IMG/VR virus record: IMGVR_UViG_3300017917_003843
Location: 4,440-68,439 of that record
DNA from: a virus
Length of the DNA stretch: 64,000 nt
Direction: 5' to 3' (one strand)
The notes under the pieces are model-generated. The model was not told the origin of the DNA. It was given only the letters and a program-made list of their open reading frames with translations, and made no database searches. This document shows, in pieces, positions 1 through 9,525 of the stretch (positions within the stretch are counted from its first letter, which is position 1; each line of letters opens with the position of its first letter). Made by a program: the position numbers and the translations under genes.

Positions 1-1
1 C

Positions 2-1006
2 TCTATTAACAGCTGTAACAAATGCACTTCCCGAAATAGTAGCTGTTCTATTATTAGTTAATGTTTGTATTGTTCTATAGAATGGACCACTACTGTTCAT
101 TATTAAAAAATATCTATTTGCTGGTATTGTAACTGAGTTGTTGATACTAGATGAATTAAATCTACCTGCAGTATAACTAAATGAAGTAGAATTTGTTATT
201 TGGGTTACAGCACCAAAACTACCTATTGAATCATTAACAGATGATACAGAAGCATACCATGCCCATGAGTTAGTACCATTTTGGGTTGTATTTAATCCAA
301 TATTAAATGAACCTGTAGATAATACTACTTGTTGATGTGCATAGAATAATTGCCAACACCCATTGTTTGAATTAAATGCTACAGATGATGTTACCCCACT
401 TTGAGCAGTATAGGCATCAAAAAATGTTCCTTTAGTATAATCAAATACAGAACCTGTTGCAGGTACTACAGGAACTGTTGGTGTAGGGGTTAAAGTAGGT
501 GTTATAGACGGTGTAACAGATATTGTACGTGTTATAGACGGTGTAACAGATATAGTTGGTGTTATAGACGGTGTAACAGATATAGTTGGTGTTACAGTTC
601 TAGTAACAGATGGTGTAACGGATGGTGTACGAGATGTAGATAATGTAATAGATGGTGTACGAGATACAGACGGTGTATTAGATGGATTAACTGGGCTTAC
701 TGTTATTGATGGAGTAATAGAAGGTGTTATACTAATACTTGGTGTAATTGATATACTTGGGGTTCTACTAATACTTATTGATGGGGTAACACTAACACTA
801 GGAGTATTTGAAATAGAAATACTTGGTGTGTTTGAAATACTAACACTAGGTGTAAATGAAATACTAGGTGTTACACTAATAGTAATACTTGGAGTAATAG
901 AAGGTGTAGCTGTAAGGAAGGGTGTTAAACTAATAGATGGTGTAATAATGGGTACAATAGATCCATTAGGTATTAGTCTAAATCCATTTGAAAATGATAT
1001 TGCCAT
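2..1006 (-). CDS. Virion fibre/decoration protein with mucin-like TPS repeats (runs off window edge; absent from ORF track)
   Basis: ATG at 1006 (MAISFSNGFRLIPNGS...), open to the window start; long TPSIS/TPSVT repeat tract followed by a beta-rich domain. Confidence 0.75.
   Translation of the reverse strand, partial: MAISFSNGFRLIPNGSIVPIITPSISLTPFLTATPSITPSITISVTPSISFTPSVSISNTPSISISNTPSVSVTPSISISRTPSISITPSISITPSITPSITVSPVNPSNTPSVSRTPSITLSTSRTPSVTPSVTRTVTPTISVTPSITPTISVTPSITRTISVTPSITPTLTPTPTVPVVPATGSVFDYTKGTFFDAYTAQSGVTSSVAFNSNNGCWQLFYAHQQVVLSTGSFNIGLNTTQNGTNSWAWYASVSSVNDSIGSFGAVTQITNSTSFSYTAGRFNSSSINNSVTIPANRYFLIMNSSGPFYRTIQTLTNNRTATISGSAFVTAVNR
500..593. repeat. Three tandem 30-bp units (gttatagacggtgtaacagatatagttggt-like) encoding TPTISVTPSI
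   Basis: Units start at 501, 531 and 561; directly visible. Confidence 0.9.
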
Positions 1007-1015
1007 AACTTCGTA

Positions 1016-2980
1016 TTAATAAAATCCACCATCAATTAAGGTTTCTAAAGCAGTTAAACGATAATTTACTGAACTGCTAAACGCAGTAACATTTCCAATA
1101 CCTACAATAGAACCACTGATTACACCAGGTGCTTCAACAAATATACCTGATCCACTATTTAAGAATAATGAACTACTATCTAAAAGATAAACATTACTAT
1201 CTATAATTCCAACAGGACCATTAAAAGTAGATGAACCTGTTATTTCAAATGAACCTGTTACTTCTAATTTTTGACGTAAAGGACTAACATACGAAGCTGT
1301 TAGAGCATTATTAGTATTAGTTGCTTGAGAAGCACTTACTGCATAACTCGCAGTACCAAATAATGAACCAGTAATACCATTGTTTACTCTTAGTATATTA
1401 CTGATGTTTAATGAACCTGTTAATTCATGTTGATTATTTGGATTTATTAATAATTTTCTATTAGTATCAACATTAAACCCACCAGCAAATATTCCTACTG
1501 TATTATTAGATGCATTACCTATATTTATTTTGTTACCAGTAGAGTATAAATAAGCATCATTAGCACTACCAACACCGTTTCCGTTATCAATATAATTTTC
1601 ATTATTGATACCCATATTAACGTAATTGGTAAGCTCAGTACCATTATTTGCCGTAGCAACAACGTCTGATGAAGCACTTACACCTTGATTGGTATTTTGA
1701 ATATTTAATTGTAAGTAATTATCTAAATTACCTTTACCGGATATTACATTAAAGGATGATGTTGATGGTTGCCAAACATATAATGCTTCAGGAGCAGCAG
1801 TAGTTACACCATTTTGATTAATAGCAACACTAAATCCATTATCTACTTGATATATAGCACTATCTGATAATACTTGAGATGAACTAAAGTATGGAATATG
1901 TGTAGCAGTACCTCGTAAATTATTTAATGAACCACTAAAGGATCCAGTAATAGTACCATTAAATGAACCACTAAATGAACCATTAAATGATCCAGTATTA
2001 AACGAACTACTAAATGCTAGAAATGAACTTGATAATATACCAATACTAGAGCTATTAGCAAGTATACGAGAATTAAATGAAGCAGATGTATTAATAAAAT
2101 CAATACCATTTACTGCAAGTGAACCTGTTATTTTAACTGAACCAGTAAATATTTGAGTATTACTTAGATCATTTCCAAATACGTTAGAACCGCTTGAATA
2201 TAATACACTTGATGTAATAATTTGTGCAACAATTGTTTGGGCAGTTAATGTACCCGCTACCTTAAAATTATCAGCATAAGATGATGTTGCAGCATATGAA
2301 GCACTGTTAGTATTATCTACATTAAAACTAGCAGATGTATTATCACCATAGAAAAATGTGATAACATCTGTATTTGTTTGATATGAAGCACTAACTAAAG
2401 TATTTACGTGTGAGGCAGTACCAAATAGTGAACTTGTAATTCCGTTAGTTACATTTAATGTTCCACTAATTATTTGGTTTCCTCTAAAAGTATTTGAACC
2501 AGTAGTTGCATATGAACCTGTAATATTAGTTATATTAATTATACGGTTATCAAATGACGCACTAGCAACTAAAAATGAACTTGATAATATACCAATAGAA
2601 GAACTATTAGTAAGTATTCGTGTATTAAATGATGAACTATCATTTAAATAACTACCACTAAATGTTGAAAATGAACTTGATAATATACCAATAGAAGAAC
2701 TATTGGTTAATATTCTAATATCGAATGATGCAGAAGCAATATAATATGATGCTGTAAATGCATTAAATGAAGCAGTACTAACAAAACTACTAGTAAATAA
2801 ATCAGGATTGCCTGGTTCTCCTTTAGCTCCTTGAGGGCCAGGTGTAATAATTTCTACTACATTAGTAATCTGTTGAGGGACAACAAGAATATTACCGAAG
2901 TCTTGATTAACATCGATAGTATTTATTGTGTTCTCTACGTTAACACTATTAAAATTGGTATTAACATCTATTTGACTCAT
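1016..2980 (-). CDS. Tail fibre-like structural protein
   Basis: Short collagen-like GPQGAKGEPG, three RIL(T/A)NSSSIGILSSSF repeats, TASY motifs, Ser/Gly/Asn-rich. Confidence 0.7.
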   Translation of the reverse strand: MSQIDVNTNFNSVNVENTINTIDVNQDFGNILVVPQQITNVVEIITPGPQGAKGEPGNPDLFTSSFVSTASFNAFTASYYIASASFDIRILTNSSSIGILSSSFSTFSGSYLNDSSSFNTRILTNSSSIGILSSSFLVASASFDNRIINITNITGSYATTGSNTFRGNQIISGTLNVTNGITSSLFGTASHVNTLVSASYQTNTDVITFFYGDNTSASFNVDNTNSASYAATSSYADNFKVAGTLTAQTIVAQIITSSVLYSSGSNVFGNDLSNTQIFTGSVKITGSLAVNGIDFINTSASFNSRILANSSSIGILSSSFLAFSSSFNTGSFNGSFSGSFNGTITGSFSGSLNNLRGTATHIPYFSSSQVLSDSAIYQVDNGFSVAINQNGVTTAAPEALYVWQPSTSSFNVISGKGNLDNYLQLNIQNTNQGVSASSDVVATANNGTELTNYVNMGINNENYIDNGNGVGSANDAYLYSTGNKINIGNASNNTVGIFAGGFNVDTNRKLLINPNNQHELTGSLNISNILRVNNGITGSLFGTASYAVSASQATNTNNALTASYVSPLRQKLEVTGSFEITGSSTFNGPVGIIDSNVYLLDSSSLFLNSGSGIFVEAPGVISGSIVGIGNVTAFSSSVNYRLTALETLIDGGFY

Positions 2981-3354
2981 TAGCTAACAACAGTAACTTC
3001 CTTACTTAATTTAACTTTACCTTCTAATATTCTATTTACCACAGGGCAGTTACTACCCGAAATAATGTCTAAATCATATAAGGCCTCATTAAATGTTAAT
3101 AAAGAAGATGTACAGGAAGCTATATAGATACCTATAGTGCCTGATACAGCATTAGTCATATTTAACCCAGTTCCGTCTGCATTTAAACTACTACTTAATG
3201 TTAATAGAGGAGGAGAACTGTATGTTTGTCTAATTTGCATTTTTGCACTATATTGGGATAAGTCAACGGGAGCTCCATTGGAATCATTATACACTATTGA
3301 GAAATTTAGTGTTGATCCTTGTTCTATTACAAATGAGTATCTACCTGCGGCCAT
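2980..3354 (-). CDS. Fibre-associated beta-sandwich adaptor protein
   Basis: IEQGST...YDLDII...RILEGKV pattern typical of phage fibre adaptors; coupled to the fibre gene. Confidence 0.55.
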   Translation of the reverse strand: MAAGRYSFVIEQGSTLNFSIVYNDSNGAPVDLSQYSAKMQIRQTYSSPPLLTLSSSLNADGTGLNMTNAVSGTIGIYIASCTSSLLTFNEALYDLDIISGSNCPVVNRILEGKVKLSKEVTVVS

Positions 3355-3360
3355 ATTATA

Positions 3361-4056
3361 TTATAAATCTCTTAATTCTTTATACAAAGACAAAACTGAT
3401 TCTACAATTGGATGGCGATGATTTGTTTTTAAAGCAATAGCAGATACACCGTTTACAGTTCCCGCTACTTGTTTTGAAAGAAAATACATACCCGAGTCTT
3501 TTTTATTTTTTAAATCTATTTGAGTAGTATCTCCTACAATCACCATTTTACTTCCTTTACATAGACGAGATATTACCATTTCCATTTGAGAATCAGTAAC
3601 ATTTTGAGCCTCGTCTACAATAATAAATGCATTTGAGAAGTTACGTCCACGCATAAACGCAAATGGTACGATTTCTATTTGTCCTCTCTCAAAATACATA
3701 TCCACTTTCTCCTTATCATAAACACGATATGCGTTATCGTATATAGGGGCAACGAATGGATCTAATTTTTCTTTAATACCACCAGGTAAAAAACCAATTT
3801 CTTCTTTAGCTGTTACTACTGGTCGTGCTATTATAATTTTTTCAACTTCTTTATTAAATAATTGATCTAAGGCTGTTTGAACTGCTACTAATGTTTTACC
3901 ACTTCCTGCTTGTCCTGTAATAACTGTTATATCACTATTTAATATTATACTTTTAGTTTCTTTTTGTTCTTCATTTAATTGAACTTGAAACTTAATCGGG
4001 TTTTTAGGTTTACGTTTTTCTCTAAAAGTCTCGTCAGTATGGTGGTTTGAACTCAT
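3361..4056 (-). CDS. phoH: PhoH family ATPase
   Basis: Walker A GQAGSGKT, IGFLPG, FMRGRNF, IVDEAQN, GDTTQIDL, HRHPIV. Confidence 0.95.
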   Translation of the reverse strand: MSSNHHTDETFREKRKPKNPIKFQVQLNEEQKETKSIILNSDITVITGQAGSGKTLVAVQTALDQLFNKEVEKIIIARPVVTAKEEIGFLPGGIKEKLDPFVAPIYDNAYRVYDKEKVDMYFERGQIEIVPFAFMRGRNFSNAFIIVDEAQNVTDSQMEMVISRLCKGSKMVIVGDTTQIDLKNKKDSGMYFLSKQVAGTVNGVSAIALKTNHRHPIVESVLSLYKELRDL

Positions 4057-4097
4057 AAAACTGGTTTAAAATTATCAACAATAAATATGCAAAAAAA

Positions 4098-4122
4098 AAG
4101 GCCGAAACAATGTTTCAGCCTT
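4098..4122 (-). terminator. Intrinsic terminator
   Basis: aaggccgaaac/gtttcagcctt stem with T-run on the minus strand. Confidence 0.7.
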
Positions 4123-4141
4123 ATTTACTAATATATTTACA

Positions 4142-4813
4142 TTAACCTACTCTATTAGCAGTTAATATTAATGAAGGTATAGCAGGTCCATAAGTAGGAG
4201 AAGCATTATATTGTATCCGAGCATCAGAAGAATCAGAAGCCCACATTAATTGAATAAAATCTCCAGCAGATGCACTAACAAACCAGTTCCAAGCAGCTAC
4301 TGTTTTAGCATTACTACCTCCTAAGGTTGTTACAGCTGTGTTACTAATAGGAATATCTTGATTATTTTGTTTAATCCATATGTAAATAATAAAATCAGCT
4401 CCTGCGGAAGTTTTATCTAATTGGGCTGAAAATTGTACATTATAGATACCAGTATGAGTAAATTTAATTTTATCATTAATTGATCCAGAAACAATTACAC
4501 CATTAGAAATATCTGTTGTGTTTAAAGACATTGTATTAGCTGTACCGGGTGTTGGGTTAAGCATAGATGCAGTATGATAAAATGAACCAAAATAATTAGT
4601 TACACCAAATGAACTTGTAGCATTATTAATAGATGATGTAAAACTATTAAATGAACCTGTAGATACTATAGATGATGATATTTGAGTAAATACAGAGTTT
4701 CCAACTGCTTGCATTGTTGTTTTTTTAGTTATACTATTATTTACAATAGCAAAAACATCTGTAGGTTCAGGTACTAATAATGAGGGTAACCCGGATATAG
4801 GTAAATCTGGCAT
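4142..4813 (-). CDS. Virion structural protein with C-terminal beta-sandwich (C1q/BclA-like)
   Basis: N-terminal PISGLP motif; GIYNVQFSAQL...GDFIQLMW. Confidence 0.55.
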   Translation of the reverse strand: MPDLPISGLPSLLVPEPTDVFAIVNNSITKKTTMQAVGNSVFTQISSSIVSTGSFNSFTSSINNATSSFGVTNYFGSFYHTASMLNPTPGTANTMSLNTTDISNGVIVSGSINDKIKFTHTGIYNVQFSAQLDKTSAGADFIIYIWIKQNNQDIPISNTAVTTLGGSNAKTVAAWNWFVSASAGDFIQLMWASDSSDARIQYNASPTYGPAIPSLILTANRVG

Positions 4814-4817
4814 ATTT

Positions 4818-5084
4818 TTATATTAATGAAGTTATATAAATTTTGGATCCATCTTCTTGTAATATATAATTTAAATTTTCTTGTTGAAGAAATCCAGTTT
4901 GTACTATTTGAGATTCTTCATCTCCTTTAGGTTGATATGAATACCAACTTTCAAATCGAGCAGTATTTAATTGATCTAGGTATATGTTATAATGTTTTAC
5001 TTGTTCGTTTAATGGTAATTTTCTAACCCAATCAATAGTTACAAATTGAGGCCATAATATTTCTTCGTAAATGTTTATTTTCAT
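4818..5084 (-). CDS. Hypothetical protein, probably structural
   Basis: C-terminal LQQENLNYILQEDGSKI motif; late motif upstream. Confidence 0.5.
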   Translation of the reverse strand: MKINIYEEILWPQFVTIDWVRKLPLNEQVKHYNIYLDQLNTARFESWYSYQPKGDEESQIVQTGFLQQENLNYILQEDGSKIYITSLI

Positions 5085-5115
5085 ATAACAATTATATAAT
5101 ATAAATATAAAAAAA

Positions 5116-5138
5116 AGAGCCGAGTATATCTCGGCTCT
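5116..5138 (-). terminator. Terminator after major capsid gene
   Basis: agagccgag tatat ctcggctct stem plus T-run on the minus strand. Confidence 0.85.
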
Positions 5139-5164
5139 AATTTTTACTCGATTATCTATTCAGA

Positions 5165-6829
5165 TTAGTTAATTCCTAAAGAATTCAAACCTGAAACAAA
5201 AATCTTACCATAGAATTCTGGACGAACCATTTTCTTAGCGTAACGAGTCATGATACCTTTTCTTGGTACGAATGTAGCAGGATCATAAACTAGTGGAGTC
5301 ATCAATAACGGCACATATGGAGCATAAACAGCACCTGATTCAAGGAACTGAGCACCTTTATAACCAGTTAAGATTACGTTGTCGCTAAAATATGGGTTAA
5401 CATAAACTTTGAAACGAGAGTTCAAAGTACCGATCTTTTGGCTACCGAAGTTAAATACTTTATCTAATTCAGCACCTGCATCAGAAGCGTATCCAGGGAT
5501 AGACTGCATGATAGTTGCTATAGCTGGAGAAATTACTAAGAAATTAGCTTGGCCACGTAAAGTCTTTTGCAAGATTTTGTTACTTACTGACTGGATTACA
5601 GTTCCTAAAGTTTGGAACCAACCACCTTGTGTGTTATAGAAACCACCAGTTGTAGCTGATTGTTGAACAAATGCTGAACCGTTCCATACTTGGTTGTTAG
5701 TTGCTGACCAGTATCCTGTTGTTGCAGCATCTTCAGTTAACATATCTAGGATTTCTAAATCGATTTCCATAGCGATATATTGAGATAATAAACCTGTTAA
5801 TTCAGCTTCAGCATCAATGTTTTGGTAAGCATTCAAGTCTTGAGCTAATTCAGGTGTCCATTGTGCTTTCAATTTACGAGTTTTCGCAACGATAGCTTCA
5901 GATTTTAACTGAATGTTAACAGTTGGGATATCGATTTGAACTGGGTCTGCAGCGTTAGGGATAGCGATGCCAGTATTATCAGCTTCAAAATCACCACGTA
6001 ATGCAGGAGTTGTTTGTTTTTCGTAGAACATAACAACGTTTCCTCCGTTAGGTTGAGCAGTTGTAACGAAAGTCATACCTGAACCACTTTGGTAGTTAGT
6101 AAACTGTTGCAATACAGTTGCTGGAGTAACACCTGAACCACTGATAATGAAAGCTGAAGCAGCTAAGAAATCAGGAAGAACAAGAGCAGCAGCTAATTGA
6201 GCATCAGTCATTGTTACTGTATATAACTGAGTTCCGTAAAAACGAGAATCATAGTTAATATATGGAGCAACAGAAGCAGAAGCAGCAGCAGCGTAAGAAG
6301 CAGTTGTGTTAGCTACAGAAGCTGAGAATTGGTTAATTGAGTAACCATAACGACCACGTCCATAAAGACCACCTGTTGGATCTACGTTAGTGATAGAAGT
6401 ATCAGTTCCTTGTACGTCAGCTAATGAACCGTAAAGTGATTTTCCTTGTACGAAAGGAGTTTTGTTATTACCATATTGGAAATCTAGATAAAATACTAGA
6501 CCAGAAGGCATAGACATTGGTTGTACTGAAACGAAGTCTTTAGCAACGATTTCAGCAAACACACGGCGTACCAAAGGCAACGCAATACCAGCCCAGTTTT
6601 CACCAGTTCCACCTAACATTGAGTTAGTACCAGCAGTAATGTTAGTAGATTCAACTACCAATTGTTTAGCTTGGTTTTCAAGGATCATAGCCATATTGTT
6701 TTTCTCAATATCGCTAGACATTCCTTCTAATAAACCACTCTTTGACCATTTTTGAGCAACCTTAGCAGCTTCTGCTTGTTGGCTTTTCCATGGGTTAGCA
6801 CTTTCTAAAAGTGTATTTAAAGTATTCAT
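5165..6829 (-). CDS. gp23: Major capsid protein, T4 gp23-like
   Basis: LPLVRR, VQPMSMPSGLVFY, AKTRKLKAQWTPELAQDLNA, YAPYVPL, GIMTRY motifs. Confidence 0.95.
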   Translation of the reverse strand: MNTLNTLLESANPWKSQQAEAAKVAQKWSKSGLLEGMSSDIEKNNMAMILENQAKQLVVESTNITAGTNSMLGGTGENWAGIALPLVRRVFAEIVAKDFVSVQPMSMPSGLVFYLDFQYGNNKTPFVQGKSLYGSLADVQGTDTSITNVDPTGGLYGRGRYGYSINQFSASVANTTASYAAAASASVAPYINYDSRFYGTQLYTVTMTDAQLAAALVLPDFLAASAFIISGSGVTPATVLQQFTNYQSGSGMTFVTTAQPNGGNVVMFYEKQTTPALRGDFEADNTGIAIPNAADPVQIDIPTVNIQLKSEAIVAKTRKLKAQWTPELAQDLNAYQNIDAEAELTGLLSQYIAMEIDLEILDMLTEDAATTGYWSATNNQVWNGSAFVQQSATTGGFYNTQGGWFQTLGTVIQSVSNKILQKTLRGQANFLVISPAIATIMQSIPGYASDAGAELDKVFNFGSQKIGTLNSRFKVYVNPYFSDNVILTGYKGAQFLESGAVYAPYVPLLMTPLVYDPATFVPRKGIMTRYAKKMVRPEFYGKIFVSGLNSLGIN

Positions 6830-6848
6830 TTTTGTAATGTTTTTTTTG

Positions 6849-7964
6849 TTATTTAATATTTGCTAATTTTTGCATTCTAGCAATAAAGTCGTTGCTTTCA
6901 ACAATAGTTTGTTTTTGTGGAGCAACACCAGCAGCTTTAGATGCAAATCCTAATGATTCTTTGATTTGTTGTTTTGCTGGAGTAGCTGTAAATGTTTCTG
7001 AAAGTGATTCATAAACAAGTTTAGCTTCTTTAGCAGATTCAGCTTTATCAAAGGCTTTCACAACTTTTAATTTTTGTGACTCGTTCAAGTTTTTAGCTTT
7101 GAAGATTTTATTAACGTAAAGTAATTTAGCGTTTAACAAATTAACTTCTTGAAGTTCTTGACGAAGAGTACTAACAGTTTCTAATGCTAACTGTAATTCT
7201 TCTTCCATCTTCTTTTTCTTCTTGTAGTCTTCAACTCCTTCTTCTTCAGCAGTGTCTTTTTTATCACCACGTTTAGCAGCAGGAACATCTCCTTTGTTAC
7301 CACCATATTTCTTTCTTTCATTCAATTCTTCTGTTTCTTCGCTTAATAATTCAGCTAAGATTTCATCTAAATTAAATTCTTCTTCTTCAGCACTTGCATC
7401 CATGTCCATATCAGCCATGTCATCTGCATTTGCTTCATCGTTAGTAACACCATCTCCACCAACTTCTTGAGATACGATATCACGGATTAGGTCTTCTAAT
7501 TCATCCATTGACAATTCAGATACTTCTTTTTCTTCGTCTTCGTCTTCTTTAGCGTCATCTTCAACATCTTCTTCAGTTTCTTCTTCTTCTTCCTCAGCTT
7601 CTTCAGCTTCGTTAAGTTCAGCATTTTCTTCAGACAATTCAGCATTCAATTCAGCAAGGATTTCGTCAAGATCGATTTCTTCGATAGTATTATCGTCGTC
7701 ATCATAGGATTCCATGTCGTAGGCTTCCTCAATGTTTTCTTCGGCTAGCTCATCTTTAAGTTCGTCCAACTCACGCTTAACTTTATCCATTTCTTTAGCT
7801 TCGTCTAAATCTTCGTCTTCCATTTCTTGTAACTTAACAGTTAACATGTTTTGTAAACGAGGAGCAAACGCTTCTTCAAGAGCAAGTTTAGCTTGGGCAA
7901 GAGCAGTTTCACGAACAGCTTTAGCATCAGCAATAGCCTCTTTTAAAAGGTCTTTTGTATTCAT
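6849..7964 (-). CDS. gp22: Prohead core/scaffold protein, gp22-like
   Basis: Very acidic coiled coil directly upstream of the capsid gene; many LxE sites; C-terminal RMQKLANIK. Confidence 0.8.
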   Translation of the reverse strand: MNTKDLLKEAIADAKAVRETALAQAKLALEEAFAPRLQNMLTVKLQEMEDEDLDEAKEMDKVKRELDELKDELAEENIEEAYDMESYDDDDNTIEEIDLDEILAELNAELSEENAELNEAEEAEEEEEETEEDVEDDAKEDEDEEKEVSELSMDELEDLIRDIVSQEVGGDGVTNDEANADDMADMDMDASAEEEEFNLDEILAELLSEETEELNERKKYGGNKGDVPAAKRGDKKDTAEEEGVEDYKKKKKMEEELQLALETVSTLRQELQEVNLLNAKLLYVNKIFKAKNLNESQKLKVVKAFDKAESAKEAKLVYESLSETFTATPAKQQIKESLGFASKAAGVAPQKQTIVESNDFIARMQKLANIK

Positions 7965-8073
7965 TTTTCCAAAAATTTGTTTACGGAAATAAGCTTATTG
8001 ATTAAAAGCTTAATAGGGATTATAAAATAGTGACGAGTCATATAGAGATGACTCATTAGTCGTAGATAAATAT
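7965..8073 (-). promoter_or_regulatory. Late promoter motif plus structured ~100-nt leader of the scaffold-capsid operon
   Basis: ATATTTAT at 8066-8073; stems tgagtcat/atgactcg, taagctt/aagctta and tttcc/ggaaa before the ATG. Confidence 0.55.
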
Positions 8074-8114
8074 ATGCAGAAATAAAAAACCGCAACTATA
8101 TTGCGGTCTTTCTT

Positions 8115-8243
8115 TTATCTTCCTTGTCCTCTATATTTTTTTGGTTTTTCTTCTTTAGGACCGTATGCTTTTTTTGCTTTTCCTACACTTTTTTTACCAA
8201 ATGATATTTTTTTTGATTCAGCGGAACTTTTTACTTTTGCCAT
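8115..8243 (-). CDS. Small basic protein, 42 aa, MAKVKSS...KKYRGQGR (not in ORF track)
   Basis: Hand-translated; KYRGQG C-terminus resembles small basic proteins of T4-like phages; terminator follows at ~8088-8107. Confidence 0.7.
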   Translation of the reverse strand: MAKVKSSAESKKISFGKKSVGKAKKAYGPKEEKPKKYRGQGR

Positions 8244-8255
8244 GACTATTAAAGA

Positions 8256-8627
8256 TTATGATAATTCAGTTAATTTATAACGAGTTGAAAATAATAATTT
8301 TACTATATTGTCTATTTCATTTTGTATCCAGCTATCTTGTAAACCTGGAGATTGTCTAATAGATTCTACTATGGTGATTAGTTTATTAAAATATTTAATT
8401 ATGTTTTCACAGCTAGCATCATTATCAACACCTAATACAGGTTTAAATTGAATTAAACCGTATTTACCTTGATATGATTCAACTAAACCATCAACTAATC
8501 CTACAATTTCATCGTAATATCCTTGTAAAGCTACGTGTGCAGCATATGAACCAGGACCACTAACTCCTAAATGAAAAATGTGTGCTTGTGTGCGTGAGTG
8601 AAATAATATTGATGCTAATTCTTCCAT
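8256..8627 (-). CDS. Ferritin/Dps-like four-helix protein (DUF5856-like)
   Basis: QAHIFH...YAAHVALQGYYD...DGLVESYQG...QNEIDNI...YKL. Confidence 0.7.
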   Translation of the reverse strand: MEELASILFHSRTQAHIFHLGVSGPGSYAAHVALQGYYDEIVGLVDGLVESYQGKYGLIQFKPVLGVDNDASCENIIKYFNKLITIVESIRQSPGLQDSWIQNEIDNIVKLLFSTRYKLTELS

Positions 8628-8641
8628 TTATTTTTACGGTT

Positions 8642-9283
8642 TTATTCAGGTAATTCGCACGGGCAAAAACCAGCTCTATTACACAAAATTTCAGTGATTA
8701 AGTCGTTTATTTTATTTAATTTTTCGTTACTAGCAGAAGGAGATTGAACATAATTAAGTGATTCATTAACTATTTCCATAAATGCACCTTGAGTAGATGG
8801 TGTTGAAACAAAATCCCAACATAATAATTCAAAATCATCTTGTACTTCAACAGTTTCACCTAATTGCTTAACTGAACCCATACCACGAGATGAAATACCA
8901 ACTGTAATACCAGCAATTAATAATGCTTTTAAAATATTACCTGAAGGTGTTGGAAGAATTTCAATTTTAGCTATTACATCATCACCATCCCACCATACAT
9001 CTTTAACATTATGACAAACATTTTTTAAATTAATGATTGCTGATTCGGGGTGATCTAATTCGCCTAATGCTCTATTTTCTTTAATAAAGGTATTTTTATA
9101 TTTTTGAACTTCACGTTCAAGTACCTCTTTAGGATATACACGACCATTACCGTTTTTAGCATCAGCACGTTGTACTACACCTTGAACAATTAAACGACCA
9201 TCATTAGTTTTTACAGACTCTTGTAATAACTGTGGCGTTAGGGAGAAGGTTGAAATGCGTTCTATTAATAATTCTTTAGCCAT
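8642..9283 (-). CDS. gp21: Prohead protease, T4 gp21-like
   Basis: NGNGRVYP, ALGELDHP, GISSRGMGS, DFVSTPS. Confidence 0.95.
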   Translation of the reverse strand: MAKELLIERISTFSLTPQLLQESVKTNDGRLIVQGVVQRADAKNGNGRVYPKEVLEREVQKYKNTFIKENRALGELDHPESAIINLKNVCHNVKDVWWDGDDVIAKIEILPTPSGNILKALLIAGITVGISSRGMGSVKQLGETVEVQDDFELLCWDFVSTPSTQGAFMEIVNESLNYVQSPSASNEKLNKINDLITEILCNRAGFCPCELPE

Positions 9284-9525
9284 TATTTTATATTATATCC
9301 TAATTTTTTTAATTTTATAGTAACACCTTTTATTATTTTATCAATTTCTTGACTATCATAGTAATGTTTTATTTTATTTTGATAATTCTTTAATGTAGCT
9401 TGAATATCTTTTGCATCAAATTCTAAATCTAAATCATTTGATCGTATTTGGTCAATCAAATCACCTGTAATAACATCAATGATATCTTCTATAGCAGATG
9501 TTTGAACTTTAACTAGTTCAAAGTT
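9283..9525 (-). CDS. 80-codon -1 frame extension of the 9513-10259 gene (candidate frameshift product)
   Basis: Open frame NFELVKVQTSAIED...KLGYNIK*, no ATG, starts at the A10 run; its TAA overlaps the protease ATG. Confidence 0.6.
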   Translation of the reverse strand, partial: NFELVKVQTSAIEDIIDVITGDLIDQIRSNDLDLEFDAKDIQATLKNYQNKIKHYYDSQEIDKIIKGVTIKLKKLGYNIK

